The notes under the pieces: model-generated
The model's input: the letters and a program-made list of their open reading frames with translations, nothing else
The model's database searches: none
Told to the model about the DNA's origin: nothing
Translations under genes and position numbers: made by a program
Assembly (NCBI GenBank): GCA_002269645.1
Contig: NIVC01000278.1
Span: 62,001 to 126,000 of the forward strand
Direction: 5' to 3'
Origin: Macrostomum lignano
Lineage: Eukaryota
DNA: 64,000 nt
In this document: positions 52,691-64,000 of the stretch, in pieces
Position numbering within the stretch: position 1 is the stretch's first letter
Layout of the letters: each line of letters starts with the position of its first letter

Positions 52691-52843
52691 GGTTATAAAG
52701 TTAGCAGTTAATCCAGCACCGAACTATTTTGCATGCTTTGAATTCTGATTCTGCAATGCTGCTGAAAATTTTGATATAGTGCGCAGTAAGTGGCTCATCT
52801 CGTCATAAAACGTCCTCTTATTGATCCCAGTCCAACCAGCACC

Positions 52844-59606
<6,763 letters not shown>

Positions 59607-59664
59607 TTATTAATATAAAAGCTTTTCTCAGGTGTCAATCTGTGTGTTTATGAGTGTTTATTAA

Positions 59665-59835
59665 CAGCTCAGCCGCAGCTATTGCTCGTCCAAGGACCCT
59701 CAATTACCCCAGCTAATGCTGGCACCCATTTTACAACTGGGTGAAGCAATGCAAAGTTACGAGTGAAATCGGGAATCGAGCCCCCGACCTTCAAGTCGTG
59801 AGTCCGATGCTCTAACCCCTAGGCTACTACGCCCC
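59665..59835 (-). mobile_element. tRNA-derived SINE copy 2 (internally shortened)
   Basis: Minus strand has box A TAGCCTAGGGG, box B GGCTCGATTCC, and CACCCAGTTGTAAAATGGGTGCCAGCATTAGCTGGGGTAAT shared with the 29.1-kb copy. Confidence 0.75.
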
Positions 59836-60489
59836 TATGAGCTGTTTTGGAATTATTGAGTAATTCCTAAATCCAAGCTTTGCTATTGTGTCTTTGTTTA
59901 CCGCCATTGACCTAACAGTTTGGCACTTGTCTTATTAGGGAGTAATTAATGTATTACCTGCAGCTTCTATTGTCACCCTTTTTAATTTATTAATAAGTCA
60001 AATTAGGTAAATTTTAATATATCGCATATACTACTGTCAATACGCTCTGCTTGAAATTGATTTTTTCGTAACTTACGTTTCATCGTAAATCATTGTAATT
60101 TATCATTATTCGATCTGTCAATCAACACGCCAAGGTCCGTGTAATTGTAGCGGAACTTTTTAATGTTGAGAATGACAATGTCATTGTTTCAATTCCGTTT
60201 TTATACAACCGTATTTTCCATGAATTCAAGACTAATAAGTCTTAATGTACGTATAATACATTAATGAAGAGGTACCTTTACATACGAGTATTGTTAATGC
60301 TGTAATGCTGTTATTCGACTAGTTATTAGAATAATTGCGAAAATCGTTTTGTTGTTACATTATAACTGTCTTAATTTAGTGCCATACGTTAAGCACAGGC
60401 ACATGTGCTGAATTCAGAGTTATATCAATCAAGGAATTTAAATATAAAATTCTAATTATAAAGATTGTTTAGTATGGTATGATATGAGG

Positions 60490-60900
60490 GCCACCCCACC
60501 ACCACTTGTGTCTGCACACTGGCCAACTCCACCACCCCTTGTGTCTGTACACTGGCCAACCCCACCACCCCTTGTGTCTGTACACTGGCCAACCCCACCA
60601 CCCCTTGTGTCTGTACACTGGCCAACCCCACCACCCCTTGTGTCTGTACACTGGCCAACCCCACCACCCTTGTGTCTGCACACTGGCCAACCCCACCACC
60701 CCTTGTGTCTGTACACTGGCCAACCCCACCACCCCTTGTGTCTGTACACTGGCCAACCCCACCACCCCTTGTGTCTGCACACTGGCCAACCCCACCACCC
60801 CTTGTGTCTGTACACTGGCCAACTCCACCACCCCTTGTGTCTGCACACTGGCCAACCCCACCACCCCTTGTGTCTGCACACTGGCCAACCCCACCACCCC
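60490..60900. repeat. 33-bp minisatellite, about 12 copies
   Basis: Unit CCCCTTGTGTCTGTACACTGGCCAACCCCACCA. Confidence 0.97.
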
Positions 60901-61026
60901 AAATGAGCGGCATTAATATGTGTGCATTTACAATATAGTTAATTTAGCATTTTCCCTAACAATGGGTTCAATATGAAAAGGCAGGCAAAAGGCATACAAT
61001 AAGAATCTGTCTATTTTTACAGCTCA

Positions 61027-62609
61027 ATGACCAGTCTAAGCATTGAAATATTGGAACAGCCAACCAGATATCACAGATTCCGGTATGAAAAAGAAGTGTC
61101 CGGTGGTAAACTTGGCGGTCTGCTGTACGGTCGCAGCGAGAAGAGCTGCGTTAGAGTCAGAGTGTCCAACATCGATCCTCTGATGCAGAAGTCTGTGACT
61201 GTTATTGGTGGCACCGTCAGTCCAGACCTCTATCCGCATCCATTCTTCATGGTCGGTGACGACTGTCGCAGTGGCACATTTCAATTAAAGAAAGACACAG
61301 ATTCGCTTGGGGGGAAAACTGAATTTGAAATTTCGTAAGTTATGGAAATATCAAAGTGTGAATGTTTTGTAGAAATATGTCTGCTGTACCTTAAGCGACT
61401 GTCTTGTATTTTAGTGAATGGTCCATTGTGTTTAGGTTAATGGGAAAATCAGGGCGGTAAATATGGGAATTAGGACTGTGAATGCAGGAATCAGGACTGT
61501 GAATACGGGAATCAAGGCTGTGAATACGAGAATCGGGTCTGTGAATGGGGAATTCAGGGCTGTGAATATGAGAATTAGGGATGTGAATGCATGAATCAGA
61601 GCTGTGAATGCAGAAATCAAAGCTGTGAATGCAGGAATCAAAGCTGTGAATGCAGAAATCAAAGCTGTGAATGCAGAAATCAAAGCTGTGAATGCAGGAA
61701 TCAAAGCTGTGAATGCAGGAATCAAAGCTGTGAATGCAGGAATCAAAGCTGTGAATGCAGGAATCAAAGCTGTGAATGCAGAAATCAAAGCTGTGAATGC
61801 AGGAATCAAAGCTGTGAATGCAGGAATCAAAGCTGTGAATGCAGGAATCAAAACTGTGAATGCAGGAATCAAAGCTGTGAATGCAGGAATCAAAGCTGTG
61901 AATGCAGGAATCAAAGCTGTGAATGCAGAAATCAAAGCTGTGAATGCAGGAATCAAAGCTGTGAATTCAGGAATCAAAGCTGTGAATGCAGGAATCAAAG
62001 CTGTGAATGCAGGAATCAAAGCTGTGAATGCAGGAATCAAAACTGTGAATTCAGGAATCAAAGCTGTGAATGCAGGAATCAAAGCTGTGAATGCAGGAAT
62101 CAAAGCTGTGAATTCAGGAATCAGAGCTGTGAATTCAGGAATCAAAGCTGTGAATGCAGGAATCAAAGCTGTGAATGCAGGAATCAAAGCTGTGAATGCA
62201 GGAATCAAAGCTGTGAATGCAGGAATCAGGGTTGTAATATTAATCATGATTTCATATTTGCTTGCTGATTAAATTTCAGACTGGAAAAGGTGTCCCTAGT
62301 GTGCGTCCTGTTGCGGCCGCCAGACAAGCTTCAAGAAGCGGTGAACAGACGCCTAGCTATCAACTTTAATCCGTTTAATAGTGAGAATTTTCACTCAAAT
62401 ATTGTTTCGTGTCAATAGACTTTCAACGCTGGATTAAAAACAATTTTCTACTGTGTTTTTTCCAGAGGATCTCACAAGCATGTCATCGATGTATACGGCT
62501 AGAAATTTGAAACCGCTACGATTGGCTTTTCAAATATTTGTCACAGATTATAATGATGTGACAGCACCTACAAGTGCCGCTGTTTATTCAGAGGAGATCT
62601 ATGATTACA
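61027..62609 (+). CDS. Rel-homology-domain transcription factor 2 (tandem paralog; first 3 exons, gene continues past the window)
   Basis: Exons 61027-61334, 62280-62380, 62466-62609, with the same intron positions and phases as paralog 1. Motifs IEILEQP.RYHRFRYEKE, YPHPF, LVCV...NPFN, LRLAFQIF, VYSEEIYDY. Confidence 0.88.
61470..62230. repeat. 21-bp minisatellite (RHD2 intron 1)
   Basis: Unit CTGTGAATGCAGGAATCAAAG. Confidence 0.97.
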
Positions 62610-62699
62610 GTAAGGTTACTGTACCTGAGATACCAACACCCCCTGAGAGCTCTGGCCTTAGAGCTCTGGAGACATCTCAGCGATTCTCCCCAAGACTAA

Positions 62700-64000
62700 C
62701 CACAGCATTTTAGCAATTCCCCTAGAGTCTTGACATCTCAGCAATTCTCCCCAAGAGTCACCACGGCATTATAGGAATTCCCCTAGAGTCTTGACATCTC
62801 AGCAATTCCCCCTAGAGTCACCACGGCATTATAGCAATTCCCCTAGAGTCTTGACATCTCAGCAATTCTCCCAAGAGTCACCACGGCATTATAGGAATTC
62901 CCCTAGAGTCTTGACATCTCAGCAATTCTCCCCAAGAGTCACCACAGCATTATAGCAATTCCCCTAGAGTCTTGACATCTCAGCAATTCTCCCCAAGAGT
63001 CACCACAGCATTATAGCAATTCCCCTAGAGTCTTGACATCTCAGCAATTCTCCCCAAGACTAACCACAGCATTATAGCAATTCCCCTAGAGTCTTGACAT
63101 CTCAGCGATTCTCCCCAAGACTAACCACAGCATTATAGCAATTCCCCTAGAGTCTTGACATCTCATCAATTCTCCCCAAGAGTCACCACAGCATTATAGG
63201 AATTCCCCTAGAGTCTTGACATCTCAGCAATTCCCCTAGAGTCACCACGGCATTATAGGAATTCCCCTAGAGTCTTGACATCTCAGCAATTCTCCCCAAG
63301 AGTCACCACAGCATTATAGCAATTCCCCTAGAGTCTTGACATCTCAGCAATTCTCCCCAAGACTAACCACAGCATTATAGCAATTCCCCTAGAGTCTTGA
63401 CATCTCAGCAATTCTCCCCAAGAGTCACAGCATTATAGCAATTCCCCTAGAGTCTTGACATCTCAGCAATTCTCCCCAAGAGTCACCACAGCATTATAGC
63501 AATTCCCCTAGAGTCTTGACATCTCAGCAATTCTCCCCAAGAGTCACCACAGCATTATAGCAATTCCCCTAGAGTCTTGACATCTCAGCAATTCTCCCCA
63601 AGAGTCACCACGGCATTATAGGAATTCCCCTAGAGTCTTGACATCTCAGCAATTCCCCCTAGAGTCACCACGGCATTATAGCAATTCCCCTAGAGTCTTG
63701 ACATCTCAGCAATTCTCCCCAAGAGTCACCACGGCATTATAGGAATTCCCCTAGAGTCTTGACATCTCAGCAATTCTCCCCAAGAGTCACCACAGCATTA
63801 TAGCAATTCCCCTAGAGTCTTGACATCTCAGCAATTCTCCCCAAGAGTCACCACAGCATTATAGCAATTCCCCTAGAGTCTTGACATCTCAGCAATTCTC
63901 CCCAAGACTAACCACAGCATTATAGCAATTCCCCTAGAGTCTTGACATCTCAGCGATTCTCCCCAAGACTAACCACAGCATTATAGCAATTCCCCTAGAG
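62700..64000. repeat. About 61-bp dimeric minisatellite (RHD2 intron 3), some units containing GGAATTCCCC
   Basis: Unit GCAATTCCCCTAGAGTCTTGACATCTCAGCAATTCTCCCCAAGAGTCACCACAGCATTATA, running to the window end. Confidence 0.97.

Noticed and set aside
60452-62272. Repetitive ORFs in several frames (33-bp and 21-bp units)
   Set aside because: Unit lengths divisible by 3 leave frames open on both strands; no domain content.

Overview
Eukaryotic (invertebrate animal) genomic DNA with GT-AG introns, many of them filled by their own micro- or minisatellite. The style resembles a Macrostomum-like free-living flatworm, but that is an inference I cannot verify. Genes assembled by hand from ORFs and splice sites: (1) a 9-exon SLC22/organic-cation-transporter-like MFS gene (+, 13122-16207); (2) a 3-exon gene fusing about 13 ankyrin(-like) repeats to a Mab-21/cGAS-like nucleotidyltransferase (-, 27448-22216), with one apparent 1-bp frameshift and one in-frame TGA; (3) a small secreted WSC + PAN-like protein (-, 30577-29801); (4) an Abl tyrosine kinase (+, 32819-49365) with an Ala gatekeeper; (5) two tandem paralogous Rel-homology-domain genes (+, 52844-59606 complete at 342 aa; 61027 onward, running off the window) with a hybrid NF-kB/NFAT DNA-recognition loop. 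Mobile DNA includes a Crypton-type tyrosine-recombinase element with flanking iterons and hairpins, a decayed BEL/Pao 5' half, an LTR with a duplicated tRNA-Leu PBS, a LINE 3' fragment, two copies of a tRNA-derived SINE and several MITEs. The most interesting signals are the RHD-only gene pair, the ankyrin-cGAS-like fusion and tandem arrays of kappaB-consensus sites. These may form a linked innate-immune module, which is a hypothesis and not shown by the sequence.
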